A DNA stretch of 64,000 nt from Acholeplasmataceae bacterium (GTDB taxonomy: Bacteria > Bacillota_I > Bacilli_A > Acholeplasmatales > Acholeplasmataceae). Positions 1 through 10,137 of the stretch are shown here, in pieces (the first letter of the stretch is position 1; the number at the start of each line of letters is the position of its first letter). The translations under genes were made by a program, and so were the position numbers. The notes beneath the pieces are model-generated. The model worked only from the letters and a program-made list of their open reading frames with translations. It had not been told where the DNA came from and made no database searches. Where the stretch lies: positions 384,001 through 448,000 of the forward strand of contig OY763415.1 of NCBI GenBank assembly GCA_963667565.1, read 5' to 3'.

Positions 1-1
1 T

Positions 2-493
2 TTTAAAGATTGTGATGATGTGTTAGAATCTGGGACAACATTTTTAGAAAATGCGATTATTAAAGCAAAATATTTTTCTAAAAAATATAACATGCCTGCA
101 ATTGCTGATGATTCTGGATTGGTTGTTCACGCATTAGGTGGTCGACCAGGGATTTATTCTAAAAGATACAGTGGTGGATCTGATATTGATAATAATATAA
201 AGTTACTAGATGAAATGAAAGACAAGGATGATCGAAATGCTTATTTCATTTCAGTGATTGTTATTTATTTTCCAGATGATTACTATGTTCACTTTGAAGG
301 TAGAGTTTATGGTGAGATTGCTTACCAAATGAAAGGCAATCATGGATTTGGTTATGATCCTATATTTTATATAAAAAATTACGATAAGCATATGGCTGAA
401 TTAGATAGTCATATCAAAAATCAAATTTCACATCGTGCAATGGCGATCAAAGAAGTTAGGAAGCGATTAGATGAAATTATTAATTACAAGTGA
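2..493 (+). CDS. rdgB: Non-canonical purine NTP pyrophosphatase (HAM1/RdgB), 5'-truncated by the window edge
   Basis: Motifs ADDSGL.V.ALGGRPG.YS, GFGYDPIF and KNQISHR; the frame is open back to position 2. Confidence 0.93.
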   Translation, partial: FKDCDDVLESGTTFLENAIIKAKYFSKKYNMPAIADDSGLVVHALGGRPGIYSKRYSGGSDIDNNIKLLDEMKDKDDRNAYFISVIVIYFPDDYYVHFEGRVYGEIAYQMKGNHGFGYDPIFYIKNYDKHMAELDSHIKNQISHRAMAIKEVRKRLDEIINYK

Positions 494-911
494 TGTTCAT
501 GGACATGAAGAAAGATTAAAAGAAGTCATTGATATCCATAAGGATGTCGATGCCCATTTGAATGCTGGAGATATGTGTCTTGATCAAAGAGTGTATGAAA
601 AATACCATTTGATTACAGTTAAAGGTAATAACGATTTTTTCACAAATGAACCCTTTAAAAGAGTCATCAATCTTTTTGGAATCCATATTTTATTAACGCA
701 TGGTCATATGGAACATGTCAAATTTAGTAAGAGAGAGATTAAAGCATTAGGTGAACATCTAGAAGCTGATTTAGTGGTCTTTGGACATACACATCAAAGA
801 TATATTGAAAAAATAGGCGATATGGTGTTAATCAATCCAGGTGCTTTAGGTGATTTTGAGAAGAGTTATGCCATTTATGAAGATGGAGAAATCACCTTCT
901 ATCAGTTATAA
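471..911 (+). CDS. YfcE/YsnB-type metallophosphoesterase
   Basis: Calcineurin-like motifs SDVHG, AGD, GNND, THGH, GHTH and NPG; usual neighbour of rdgB. Confidence 0.9.
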   Translation: MKLLITSDVHGHEERLKEVIDIHKDVDAHLNAGDMCLDQRVYEKYHLITVKGNNDFFTNEPFKRVINLFGIHILLTHGHMEHVKFSKREIKALGEHLEADLVVFGHTHQRYIEKIGDMVLINPGALGDFEKSYAIYEDGEITFYQL

Positions 912-951
912 AAAATAAATGATTGTATGTTATTTAAATGAGGTGTTTTAA

Positions 952-3951
952 TTGCGATTATCAGATGTACTTAATTTAGAAAAACAACCACATAGCTTGC
1001 CAATTATTAAAGATTTTTTAAGTCAATCTTTATCGCATTTGGATTATCAAGCAGCTTATCATTATTATTTTGAAATAGCGATGGAACTATCGCTTTTTGA
1101 GCTTGTTTATGAAGAAGGTTTTCAAGTACTAAAAGAGATTCAAAATCAAAATGAAACGCTATATTATGAAAAAATACTAAAACTATTAATTGATGCAAGT
1201 CTTAAACTTTCTAAGTTTGATGATGCTAGACGTTTGATTGCACTTAGAAAAGAAGCATTACCCATTATTAATCAGTACTTAGGATTATTAGATGATATTA
1301 AGTATAAAAAAGCATTAAATGAACCATATCTTGAAGATATATTAAAAATATTACAAGATTTAATTCCCGATCAAGTTAAAATCTATTGTTTAGATGAGCT
1401 TATCACTTTATATGATCAAGATGGTCACTATGAAATGGCCCTTAATCAGATTTATTTACTTCATAAGTTTGATTTACGAAAAACATATATTGCTAAAGAA
1501 ATTGAACTTTTAATTAAATTAGAACGTCTAGATGAAGCCAGAACGAAAGCTTTAGAAGAAAATAAAAATCATCCTTATGACATGGATGTTGTTTATCATT
1601 TGCTTCATGTTTATTATTTACAAAAAGAGTTTTTAAAAGCATCTAATCTTGATGCTGAATATGAAGAGAAATTTGAAGAACAAGATGATATTTATCAAGA
1701 GCGAGTCTATGAATTGTTTATAAAAATTTATGAATCACTAGATAATAAGTTATCACTTGATTTATATCAAAAGAAATTAAAGAGACTTAAAAAATCAACA
1801 AGTAAAAAAATTGATCAAAAAGTTGTTTTAAAGGAAAAAGAAAAAGAACCGATTGTCATCATAGAAAAACAAGAACCTAAATCGATTGTTTCAAAAAATT
1901 TGCTTGAGCATTTAGAGATGAGTACTGATTTAATTGAATATGCCCACTTAATTGATGATAAACTACCATTAAGGGAATATTTGCGTATATTTTTCATGCA
2001 TTTTGAGAAATACATGAAAGCTAAAGAATTCATTATCTATGTTGAACAAGATGAACCTAATTTCTTTTTCTACAAAAAAGAAAGATTATATGATAAAACA
2101 CTGACACCAATGATGATAAGTGATAGCATCATTTCACATGTGCTTCACACAGGTGAAGATGTGTATGAACTGACACAAACACTTAAGTATCAAAAAAATG
2201 TTATTACACAAGAAGCATTTAATGATGAAGTGAAATTTGTTTATGCATTTCCATTAGGAGATTTAGGTGTATTTGTGATTTACTTAGAAGAAGCATTAAC
2301 AGATCCTGCGATGTATTATGATTTGCTTAAACTTGTCTCAAGTATTTTATTTAGTCATTTACTTGATGAAAAGAAATTAAAGACATTCAAAAAAGAAAAT
2401 CATATGTATAGACAAATCATCAATGCACCAATCATTTGTTATAGATTATATAGTGAACTAGGATCGACATATAATGATCAAGCGATGAAATTATTTGATA
2501 TTGATAAGCATGAACATTTAGAACTCTTTTTAAGAGATGTCTCATATGAATATGTACATGCATATAAAGATGCTATTCAGAGTGCGATGCAAAGAGCTGG
2601 TGAAATTAAACAACTCATGTATACATATCAAAATAAAAATATATTAGAAAAAATGTATAGTTTTAAAGAAGGGGATGAAACCTATATTATGAGTTTCTTT
2701 TATGATCAAACCAAAGAAGTTGATGAAACTAAAGAACTTATGAAACAGGCAACGCTCGATCAATCTTCAGGATTATTTAACACCTATGCATTAGATCAAG
2801 CAATGGATGAACTCAAAGAAGAAAAAGTAAGTTTTTGTTTAATTGAGTTAGATGACCACATGAAGCATATTTATGGTAGTGAGCAAATGAACTTATTTTT
2901 TAAAGAGTTTGCACAATTATCTAAAAAATATTTCTCTGATGGTCAAGTCTATAGATTTGATTTTAATCAAATATTAGTCGCATATCCTCAAAATGATATT
3001 AGAGCGATTACTAAACTATTAAAAGACTATATTAAAATGCTTGAAGGATATAAATCTCAAGTCTTAAACTATGAGAAATTTGATGTTTCTATCGGTGTGT
3101 TAAGATATCCTGTTGTCACTGTAGAAAAACAAAAAGAAAAGTTATATCGTTTCTTTGATATTGCTTTAGAAAAAGCGAAGAGAACCAAAGAGGAACGTAT
3201 CTATTATTTTGTGTATCATGATTACGAAGAAGAACTCTTTGAACAGCAAGTCATTGATTACTTAAATATCGCGATTGAAACCAGACAAATTGGTTTGGTA
3301 TTTAATCAAGTGATTGATATGAGTAAAAACATTGTTTGGCAATACGAGAGTGAACTTGTTGTTACTGAACTCACCATCGATAGTAAATATTTATTAGCGA
3401 TTGCAGAAAAGAGAAATCGCTTGATTGATATTGAACATTTTCATATTGAAAAAGTATGTGAGTTTTTAGTTGATTTAGAAAAACAAACAGATCGATTAAT
3501 TAAAATCACTATTCCGGTATCTAAACAAACCTTTGTTGATCCTAAGTTTAATAGTTTTTTATTAGGGACTTTAAAGACATATGGTATTCCATATGAGTTT
3601 ATTCGCTTAAAATGTGATATGGATCTTCGTCCTAAAGTGTATTTAACACAGATTCAAGAGCTTATTGATCATGGGATTACACTTGATACAACAAGTGTTG
3701 ATACAGCCATTCACTATCCATTTAATGCACTTCATTTAGATGTATTAGGTGAAAGTGTCAAGTTAAATGAATATGTAAAGCGTATGAAATCAATGCTTGA
3801 TGATTTCCAAATGGCATTGATCATTCGTGGTGTTAAAACCAAAGAACAAAAAGAAAATTTACAAAGACTTGATATTAAATATATCGAAGGTAGCATTTAT
3901 AAAGAGTTACCAGCACCTGTCTTACTTAGAAAAATAAGAGAATCATTATGA
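952..3951 (+). CDS. Large signalling-type protein: N-terminal TPR-like helices, central sensor region, degenerate GGDEF and EAL domains
   Basis: ATLDQSSGLFN (D.LTGL.N-like), LIELDD..HIYG, YRFDFNQ in place of RxGGDEF, VSIGV..YP and ALEKAK; EAL-like FNQVID...YESEL and C-terminal IIRGVKTKEQ..L..L.I.YIEG. TTG start after GAGGTG. Confidence 0.7.
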   Translation: MRLSDVLNLEKQPHSLPIIKDFLSQSLSHLDYQAAYHYYFEIAMELSLFELVYEEGFQVLKEIQNQNETLYYEKILKLLIDASLKLSKFDDARRLIALRKEALPIINQYLGLLDDIKYKKALNEPYLEDILKILQDLIPDQVKIYCLDELITLYDQDGHYEMALNQIYLLHKFDLRKTYIAKEIELLIKLERLDEARTKALEENKNHPYDMDVVYHLLHVYYLQKEFLKASNLDAEYEEKFEEQDDIYQERVYELFIKIYESLDNKLSLDLYQKKLKRLKKSTSKKIDQKVVLKEKEKEPIVIIEKQEPKSIVSKNLLEHLEMSTDLIEYAHLIDDKLPLREYLRIFFMHFEKYMKAKEFIIYVEQDEPNFFFYKKERLYDKTLTPMMISDSIISHVLHTGEDVYELTQTLKYQKNVITQEAFNDEVKFVYAFPLGDLGVFVIYLEEALTDPAMYYDLLKLVSSILFSHLLDEKKLKTFKKENHMYRQIINAPIICYRLYSELGSTYNDQAMKLFDIDKHEHLELFLRDVSYEYVHAYKDAIQSAMQRAGEIKQLMYTYQNKNILEKMYSFKEGDETYIMSFFYDQTKEVDETKELMKQATLDQSSGLFNTYALDQAMDELKEEKVSFCLIELDDHMKHIYGSEQMNLFFKEFAQLSKKYFSDGQVYRFDFNQILVAYPQNDIRAITKLLKDYIKMLEGYKSQVLNYEKFDVSIGVLRYPVVTVEKQKEKLYRFFDIALEKAKRTKEERIYYFVYHDYEEELFEQQVIDYLNIAIETRQIGLVFNQVIDMSKNIVWQYESELVVTELTIDSKYLLAIAEKRNRLIDIEHFHIEKVCEFLVDLEKQTDRLIKITIPVSKQTFVDPKFNSFLLGTLKTYGIPYEFIRLKCDMDLRPKVYLTQIQELIDHGITLDTTSVDTAIHYPFNALHLDVLGESVKLNEYVKRMKSMLDDFQMALIIRGVKTKEQKENLQRLDIKYIEGSIYKELPAPVLLRKIRESL

Positions 3952-5018
3952 GCCTACTAAAATTAAAACCATATGTAGATGCACTTGAAAAAGATGCTCA
4001 AAACTCATATGGATATCGTGCACAATCTGCGTTTGACATGCTTGGACATATCGATTTAATGATTAAAGCATATCAAAGTGATGAGGTGATGAATCAAGGA
4101 GAAGTCTTGCTTGATGTTTTTGGTTTGCTTCAAGGATTCTTTGTAGGTATTGATTCATTATATGATTTGGCGATTGGATTAACACATTATAAGTATCATA
4201 TCAATATCAATCAAAATAAAGCACTACATCAACTCAAATATGTAAGAAATGATATTGTAGGACACCCAACAAATCGTACATACCAACAAGGATCTATAGG
4301 GTTTTCAGTGTTGAAACCTGCAAGTTTAACCAAGGAAGGTATGACATATGAGACGTTTATTTATAAGAAGAATCATCTAGAAAAAAATGTGGTGAGTGTT
4401 ATCTTTGATGAGTTAATTGATGCTTATGTCAAAGAAAAAGAACAACTGATTGAAGATATTTATCATTTTGTGAGTGAATCACCTAAAGATGGAGCCATGC
4501 TTTCTGATTTGCTCAATCTTTATGAGACACTTAATTTAGAGTTAGTTGATAAAGTTAGAGCTGAATTTATGGCTAAATATAAATTAGACGAAAAATCAAA
4601 GCATCGCTTTTTATGGAGACTTGATTTACTAAAACTTTTAATCCCATGGCATGATCAGGATCAAGAAATCGATGATTTCATCACATATATTGCACAAATA
4701 CAAGTTGAAAAGTGTTATCAGATGTTATGTGATATTGAAGATGAAAGAGGCACTGATTTATACACTTCTATACCAGAGATTTTAAAAGAGTTTTATCAAT
4801 TTATTAAAAAACATGAAGAAGATGCGTATCCACTTTTGGAAAATATGCATGATTATGATCATCCGATGCATCATCACGATGTTGAAAAATTGCTTGATTT
4901 AAATCCTAAGGGAAGTGCACTTAAACTGATGTTGTTTTTAAAATCACAAACGAGTGAACAAAAAGTGTATTTGATTGGGTCTATTCTGAAAAATTATCGA
5001 CCTAAATCCAAGCGATAA
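3948..5018 (+). CDS. Hypothetical protein with a HEPN-like R-x5-H motif
   Basis: FGLLQGFFV.ID helix followed by LKYVRNDIVGHP; ATGA overlap with the upstream gene. Confidence 0.55.
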   Translation: MSLLKLKPYVDALEKDAQNSYGYRAQSAFDMLGHIDLMIKAYQSDEVMNQGEVLLDVFGLLQGFFVGIDSLYDLAIGLTHYKYHININQNKALHQLKYVRNDIVGHPTNRTYQQGSIGFSVLKPASLTKEGMTYETFIYKKNHLEKNVVSVIFDELIDAYVKEKEQLIEDIYHFVSESPKDGAMLSDLLNLYETLNLELVDKVRAEFMAKYKLDEKSKHRFLWRLDLLKLLIPWHDQDQEIDDFITYIAQIQVEKCYQMLCDIEDERGTDLYTSIPEILKEFYQFIKKHEEDAYPLLENMHDYDHPMHHHDVEKLLDLNPKGSALKLMLFLKSQTSEQKVYLIGSILKNYRPKSKR

Positions 5019-5057
5019 TTAAAATAATATGTTATAATATTTACGAGGTGTTTAAAT

Positions 5058-5255
5058 ATGGCATGGAGTAATGAAACTTACCTAATCGGTGAAAAAGTAA
5101 AAGTGGAAAATGAAAAAGGATTTGGAGTCATTACTCGTATTGACTTTAAACGCGGCTTAATCTACGTTTTATATAAAAGAGGTAGAGAAGAAGCTTATCC
5201 TTATCCAGAAGCAATCGATCAACAAGTATTAAAACCAGAGGTAGGACAAAAGTAA
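5058..5255 (+). CDS. Small hypothetical protein (SH3/KOW-like beta-barrel pattern)
   Basis: 65 aa, IGEKVKV...GFGVITRID; GAGGTG RBS, upstream TGTTATAAT and a downstream terminator. Confidence 0.65.
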   Translation: MAWSNETYLIGEKVKVENEKGFGVITRIDFKRGLIYVLYKRGREEAYPYPEAIDQQVLKPEVGQK

Positions 5256-5277
5256 ACACTTAGTGTTTACTTTTTTT
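5248..5277 (+). terminator. Intrinsic terminator
   Basis: AAAGTAAACAC-tta-GTGTTTACTTT followed by a T run. Confidence 0.8.
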
Positions 5278-5281
5278 ACAT

Positions 5282-5635
5282 ATGTGGTATCGATTTAAAA
5301 CATTTTGGATAAACTTTTTTAAAGTTGTATGGGCAGTCATTAGATCCATGAACAGTGTTAGAGGATACATCTCACTATTTATTAGTTACATGCTTTATCA
5401 AGGATGGGCAGTACTTTTTATTATTCTAGGTTCACTTTTTTCTCATCCATGGTTACTAGGTATAGGAACTACTGTTGTTTTATTTTGGGTTGGCCCAGGA
5501 ACACCTGTCATTCCACTCATTATTGTAACTGCTTTATTTATTAAACGATATATTTTATTTGATAAAAGCCATACGGTGAATATCAAAGAAAAATGGATAG
5601 AATTAAATGAACAATCTAAAAAGAGTAAAGGGTGA
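5282..5635 (+). CDS. Hypothetical membrane protein
   Basis: 117 aa with 2-3 hydrophobic segments; no clear RBS. Confidence 0.55.
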   Translation: MWYRFKTFWINFFKVVWAVIRSMNSVRGYISLFISYMLYQGWAVLFIILGSLFSHPWLLGIGTTVVLFWVGPGTPVIPLIIVTALFIKRYILFDKSHTVNIKEKWIELNEQSKKSKG

Positions 5636-5639
5636 ATTT

Positions 5640-6707
5640 ATGGTGCATATTTTAGCGATTAATCCAGGATCTACATCAACTAAGATTGCCATCTATGAAG
5701 ATAAAAATTTAATATTTAAAAAACATATCAAACACGACAGTAAAACAATAGGCACATTTATGCGTATTGTTGATCAATTTGACTATCGTTTAGAAGCGAT
5801 AATAGATGCACTTCAAGAAGCACATATGGATATGAATCATTTAAGTGCAGTTGTCGGTCGAGGTGGTATATTAAAGCCGATGGAAAGTGGCACTTATCTC
5901 ATTAATGATCTTATGATGGATGAAGTGAAGATGAAAAAAAGAGGCGAGCATGCATCAAATTTAGGATGTTTGCTAGCTTATCATATTGCAAATCCTTTAA
6001 GTATACCAAGTTATATCGTTGATCCAGTTGCAGTTGATGAATTAGAAGAAGTTGCTAGATATACTGGAATGAAAGGTATTTATAGAGAAAGTTTATTTCA
6101 CGCACTTAATCATAAAGCAGTTGGGTTAAAAGCTGCTGAAGACTTAAATAAAGATTACAAAGATTTAAACCTAATCATTTGTCATCTTGGTGGTGGTATT
6201 AGTGTTGGGGCACATAAAAAAGGGAGAGTCATAGATGTTAATAATGCATTAGATGGAGATGGACCAATGTCTGTTGAAAGAAGTGGTGGTTTACCACTGG
6301 GTCCCTTTTATCAAAAACTATATGATGAAAAACTAACCATTGATGAAGTAAAAAAACTTAATTATGGTCAAGGTGGACTTGTGGCTTATCTTAATACCAA
6401 TGATGGACAAGAGATTTTAAGAAGAATCAGTGCAGGTGACAAGGTAGCAAAACTTATGTATGAAGTCATGTGTTACCAAGTTGCAAAAGAAATTGGTAAA
6501 ATGGCTGTAGTTTTAGATGGAGATGTTGATGGTATTGTTTTAACTGGAGGGCTTGCTTATCATGATATTGCAGTAAAACTTATCACTGATAAAGTGAAGT
6601 TTATTTCTGATATTTTAGTTTATCCAGGAGAAGATGAATTAGAAGCATTAGCTTTTGGAGCATTAAGAGTTTTAAAAGGTATTGAAGATGCCAAAATATA
6701 TAAATGA
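5640..6707 (+). CDS. buk: Butyrate kinase
   Basis: ILAINPGSTSTK, GRGG, HASNLG, HALNHKA, HLGGGIS and YPGEDE; start placed at ATG 5640 after GGTG. Confidence 0.95.
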   Translation: MVHILAINPGSTSTKIAIYEDKNLIFKKHIKHDSKTIGTFMRIVDQFDYRLEAIIDALQEAHMDMNHLSAVVGRGGILKPMESGTYLINDLMMDEVKMKKRGEHASNLGCLLAYHIANPLSIPSYIVDPVAVDELEEVARYTGMKGIYRESLFHALNHKAVGLKAAEDLNKDYKDLNLIICHLGGGISVGAHKKGRVIDVNNALDGDGPMSVERSGGLPLGPFYQKLYDEKLTIDEVKKLNYGQGGLVAYLNTNDGQEILRRISAGDKVAKLMYEVMCYQVAKEIGKMAVVLDGDVDGIVLTGGLAYHDIAVKLITDKVKFISDILVYPGEDELEALAFGALRVLKGIEDAKIYK

Positions 6708-6719
6708 GAGTTGATTTAG

Positions 6720-7616
6720 ATGCGTTATATAAATGAATTGCTTAGTCAAATAAATAAAGATCAAAAAGTTAAATTGATCGTTGCTGTTGCTCAAGATGAA
6801 CATGTGCTTAAAGCCGTTTATAAAGCCAAAGAAGAGAACTTGATTAAACCGTTGCTCATTGGTGATAAGGAAGAGATACTGATGATTTCAAAATCGCTTC
6901 ATCTCATATTTGATGAAGATGAAATCATAGATGAAAAAGATAAAGTTAAAGCGTGTGCACTTTCTGTAAAAAAAGCGAGATGTGATCATCAAAGTATACT
7001 TATGAAAGGTATTGTTGATTCTTCCATTATTTTAAGAGCAGCACTTAAGGAAGATGAAGGTCTTAGAACTGATAAACTGATTTCACATGTATCAGTTTTA
7101 GAAATACCAAGCTATCACAAATTACTTGTGATGACAGATGGAGCAATGAATACATACCCTGATGTGATCCAAAAACAAAAGATTACAGATAACGTGATAG
7201 AATTTTGTCATTTGTTGGGACTAAAACAACCAAAAATAGGATGTATTGCAGCCATTGAAAAAATAAATCCTAAAATGCAATCGACAGTAGATTGTGATAT
7301 CTTAAAATCACATTATAAAACACATAAAGAAGATGTCTTATTTGGTGGACCTTATGCGCTTGATAATGCGATCAATGATGAAGCAGCACATCATAAAGGC
7401 ATTGATGATGATATCGCTGGTGATGTCGATGTTTTATTGATGCCTCAAATTGAGACAGGTAATGTCTTTTATAAATCAATGGTATTTTTAGCTGGTGCTA
7501 AAAGTGCATCAGTGATTCTAGGGATGACCCATCCTATGGTATTAACAAGTCGTGCTGATTCTATTGAAACTAAATATCATTCTATTTTACTTGCAACATT
7601 GTTATTAAATAAGTAA
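6720..7616 (+). CDS. ptb: Phosphate butyryltransferase
   Basis: LMKG, TDGAMN..PD, GPYALDNA, P.IETGN and VLTSRADS; adjacent to buk. Confidence 0.9.
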   Translation: MRYINELLSQINKDQKVKLIVAVAQDEHVLKAVYKAKEENLIKPLLIGDKEEILMISKSLHLIFDEDEIIDEKDKVKACALSVKKARCDHQSILMKGIVDSSIILRAALKEDEGLRTDKLISHVSVLEIPSYHKLLVMTDGAMNTYPDVIQKQKITDNVIEFCHLLGLKQPKIGCIAAIEKINPKMQSTVDCDILKSHYKTHKEDVLFGGPYALDNAINDEAAHHKGIDDDIAGDVDVLLMPQIETGNVFYKSMVFLAGAKSASVILGMTHPMVLTSRADSIETKYHSILLATLLLNK

Positions 7617-7625
7617 GCATAATTT

Positions 7626-7668
7626 AAAAAAGAACATGACTTAAGTCCTTAAATGATGTTCTTTTTTT
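7626..7668 (+). terminator. Intrinsic terminator after ptb
   Basis: AAAAAAGAACAT...ATGTTCTTTTTTT. Confidence 0.65.
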
Positions 7669-7752
7669 ATTTAGAACATGGTATGTAATTTTATATAAAA
7701 TTATCATTTAGAGTATGTTAAAATAAAAGTAGTAACGTTTTTGAGGTGAAAC

Positions 7753-8100
7753 ATGAGCGCATTACCCCAAATATTTATAGATTACATTGAAACATTTGAT
7801 GAAGATGTAAAATCTAAGTTTTTAGACATTAGAAAAATGGTGCTTAAAGTATGCCCTGATGTTGTTGAGAAAATGAGTTATGGTGTACCGACCTATTATC
7901 ATGAAGGTATTTTACTTCATGTTGGACTCTTTAAATCTCATATTGGAATTTATCCAGGTCCTAAAACCATTGATCATTTTAGAAGTCGTTTAGAAGCATA
8001 TAGTCTAGATAAAGGAACGATTAGAATTCCTTATAAGATGGATTTAGACTTATCACTCATCAAAGATATCATCACATTTAATTTAGAATTTAGAAAATAA
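7753..8100 (+). CDS. DUF1801/YdhG-family protein
   Basis: P.V.EKMSYGVPTY, K.HIGIYP and KGTIRIP. Confidence 0.85.
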   Translation: MSALPQIFIDYIETFDEDVKSKFLDIRKMVLKVCPDVVEKMSYGVPTYYHEGILLHVGLFKSHIGIYPGPKTIDHFRSRLEAYSLDKGTIRIPYKMDLDLSLIKDIITFNLEFRK

Positions 8101-8109
8101 GGTGAAACT

Positions 8110-9102
8110 ATGTTATTTAAACCTTTTGAACTTAAGAATTTAAATTTAAAAAATAGAACAGTGCTACCTCCAATGTGTATGTATAGTGCAGGTCCTGATG
8201 GTTTTGTTGAAAACTTTCATATCATTCATTATGCAACAAGAGCGATTGGTGGTGTTGGATTAATTATCCAAGAAGCGACTGCAATTGATCCAGATGGTAG
8301 AATCTCTAAAAATGATTTAGGCATTTGGTCAGATGAGCATATAGATGGATTAAAAGATATTGTTGATGTTGTTCACAGCTACAATGTCCCTATCGCGATA
8401 CAAATTAATCATGCGGGAAGAAAAGCGAAAGTTGAACATAAGATTGCACCAAGTGCAATTCCATTTGGAGATTATGATACGCCTCATGAAATGGATCAAC
8501 ATATGATTAATGAAGTTGTCTATGAATTTAGAGAAGCAGCAAGAAGAGCAAACGCTGCAGGTTATGATATGTTAGAACTTCATGCTGCACATGGATATTT
8601 GTTATTTGAATTTTTATCACCATTATCTAATCAAAGAAGTGATCAATATAAAGATGGTGTTAAATTACTTCGAAGTGTATTAGAAGGTATTAAAGAAGTT
8701 TGGCCAAAAGAAAAAGTGCTCGCCTTAAGAGTATCAGCTTATGAATATATGTTAGGTGGTGTCACACCTAAGATGATCTCTAATGTGATTAATCAAGTTA
8801 AAGATTTAGGGATTGACTTAATTGATGTATCATCAGGTGGTAATGTGATTGCAGATATTCCATTAAAACCAGGATATCAATTGCAATTTGCCTATGATGT
8901 CAAAAAACTCACAGGGTTACCTGTGATTGGTGGAGGACTCATTGAAGATCTACGATTAGCAGATCAAGCGATTCAAGAGGGTTGTGATTTAGTCTTTTTA
9001 GGAAGACTATTACTTAGAGAACCTTATTACATCATCAATCATGCAAAAGATTTAGGTGTAGATGTTGAATATCCTATTCAATACATAAGAGGTAAAAAAT
9101 AA
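8110..9102 (+). CDS. namA: NADPH dehydrogenase, old yellow enzyme (NamA/YqjM type)
   Basis: PMCMYSA, GRIS..DLGIW, HAGRKA, ELHAAHGYL..EFLSPLSN.R.D and GRLLLREP. Confidence 0.9.
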   Translation: MLFKPFELKNLNLKNRTVLPPMCMYSAGPDGFVENFHIIHYATRAIGGVGLIIQEATAIDPDGRISKNDLGIWSDEHIDGLKDIVDVVHSYNVPIAIQINHAGRKAKVEHKIAPSAIPFGDYDTPHEMDQHMINEVVYEFREAARRANAAGYDMLELHAAHGYLLFEFLSPLSNQRSDQYKDGVKLLRSVLEGIKEVWPKEKVLALRVSAYEYMLGGVTPKMISNVINQVKDLGIDLIDVSSGGNVIADIPLKPGYQLQFAYDVKKLTGLPVIGGGLIEDLRLADQAIQEGCDLVFLGRLLLREPYYIINHAKDLGVDVEYPIQYIRGKK

Positions 9103-9105
9103 GAA

Positions 9106-9576
9106 ATGAGCTTAATTTTAAATAGTAAGAAAGATGATTTAAATCTTGATTTAGAAGAAACTTTAAAAACACCCAATCAGATTCAATATAAATTGATTCA
9201 CACCATTGATGAAGCAGAACCACCATTTTCTATTTTTGTCGCAGAAGATATGGATGATTTTGAAAATTTAAAAATGACATGTGATGTTTATGAGATTCAT
9301 ACGGATTTTTTAAATCCATTTGAATTCAATGAAAATTTCTTTAAAACTCAAAATGTGATTGTATCACATATTGGATACCATCATTCTGATGGTGATGTTA
9401 AGTTTTCTAGAGTTCTAAATTATGGAAGTTATATTGATTTAGTAACCACTTCAAATAACAGTGAAGATGGATTTCAAACATTTGATTATAAGCATAAAGT
9501 TTTTTTTATCAGTGTGAATAAAAAAGATTGTAAACATGCAAGTGTGTTTAAACAATCGGTGAAATATAAAAAATAA
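9106..9576 (+). CDS. Hypothetical protein
   Basis: 156 aa ORF tightly packed between namA and queH. Confidence 0.6.
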   Translation: MSLILNSKKDDLNLDLEETLKTPNQIQYKLIHTIDEAEPPFSIFVAEDMDDFENLKMTCDVYEIHTDFLNPFEFNENFFKTQNVIVSHIGYHHSDGDVKFSRVLNYGSYIDLVTTSNNSEDGFQTFDYKHKVFFISVNKKDCKHASVFKQSVKYKK

Positions 9577-9588
9577 TAAGGGGTATTT

Positions 9589-10122
9589 ATGAAAGTACTT
9601 ATGCATATGTGCTGTGCACCGTGTGCTGTCTATCCTGTAGAAACATTGCAGGAAAGAGGTATAGAGGTTGCTGGATTATACTATAATCCAAATATTCATC
9701 CAATTGAAGAATTTGAAAAACGAGAAGAAAACGTGGATAAATTAGCACAAGATAAAGGTTTTGAAGTGTTTTATTATCCTGATTATGAAGAAGATTTATG
9801 GCAAGCACTTGCAGATAAAGATAAAGAAAGATGTAGCATGTGCTATCAAAAAAGAATGAAAAAACTCTTTGAAGTCGCAAAAGAAAAAGGCTTTGAAGCA
9901 GTAACAACAAGCCTCTTAGTAAGCCCATATCAAGATCATGATTTGATTAAGAAAATGGGAGAAACTTATAGTAAGAGATATGGCATTGAGTTTTTGTATG
10001 AAGACTTTAGAGTCGGATATAGAGAAGGACAAAAGAAAGCTAAAGATTATGGGCTTTATTGTCAAAGATATTGTGGATGTATTGTAAGTTTGAAAGAGAG
10101 AATTAAAGAAATCACTTTATAA
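9589..10122 (+). CDS. queH: Epoxyqueuosine reductase QueH (DUF208)
   Basis: HMCCAPC, YNPNIHP, RCSMCY, TTSLLVSPYQ and YCQRYCGC. Confidence 0.92.
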   Translation: MKVLMHMCCAPCAVYPVETLQERGIEVAGLYYNPNIHPIEEFEKREENVDKLAQDKGFEVFYYPDYEEDLWQALADKDKERCSMCYQKRMKKLFEVAKEKGFEAVTTSLLVSPYQDHDLIKKMGETYSKRYGIEFLYEDFRVGYREGQKKAKDYGLYCQRYCGCIVSLKERIKEITL

Positions 10123-10137
10123 TTAGGGAGGGATGTA

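Noticed and set aside
952..3951. Active diguanylate cyclase/phosphodiesterase
   Set aside because: GGDEF and EAL signature residues are absent
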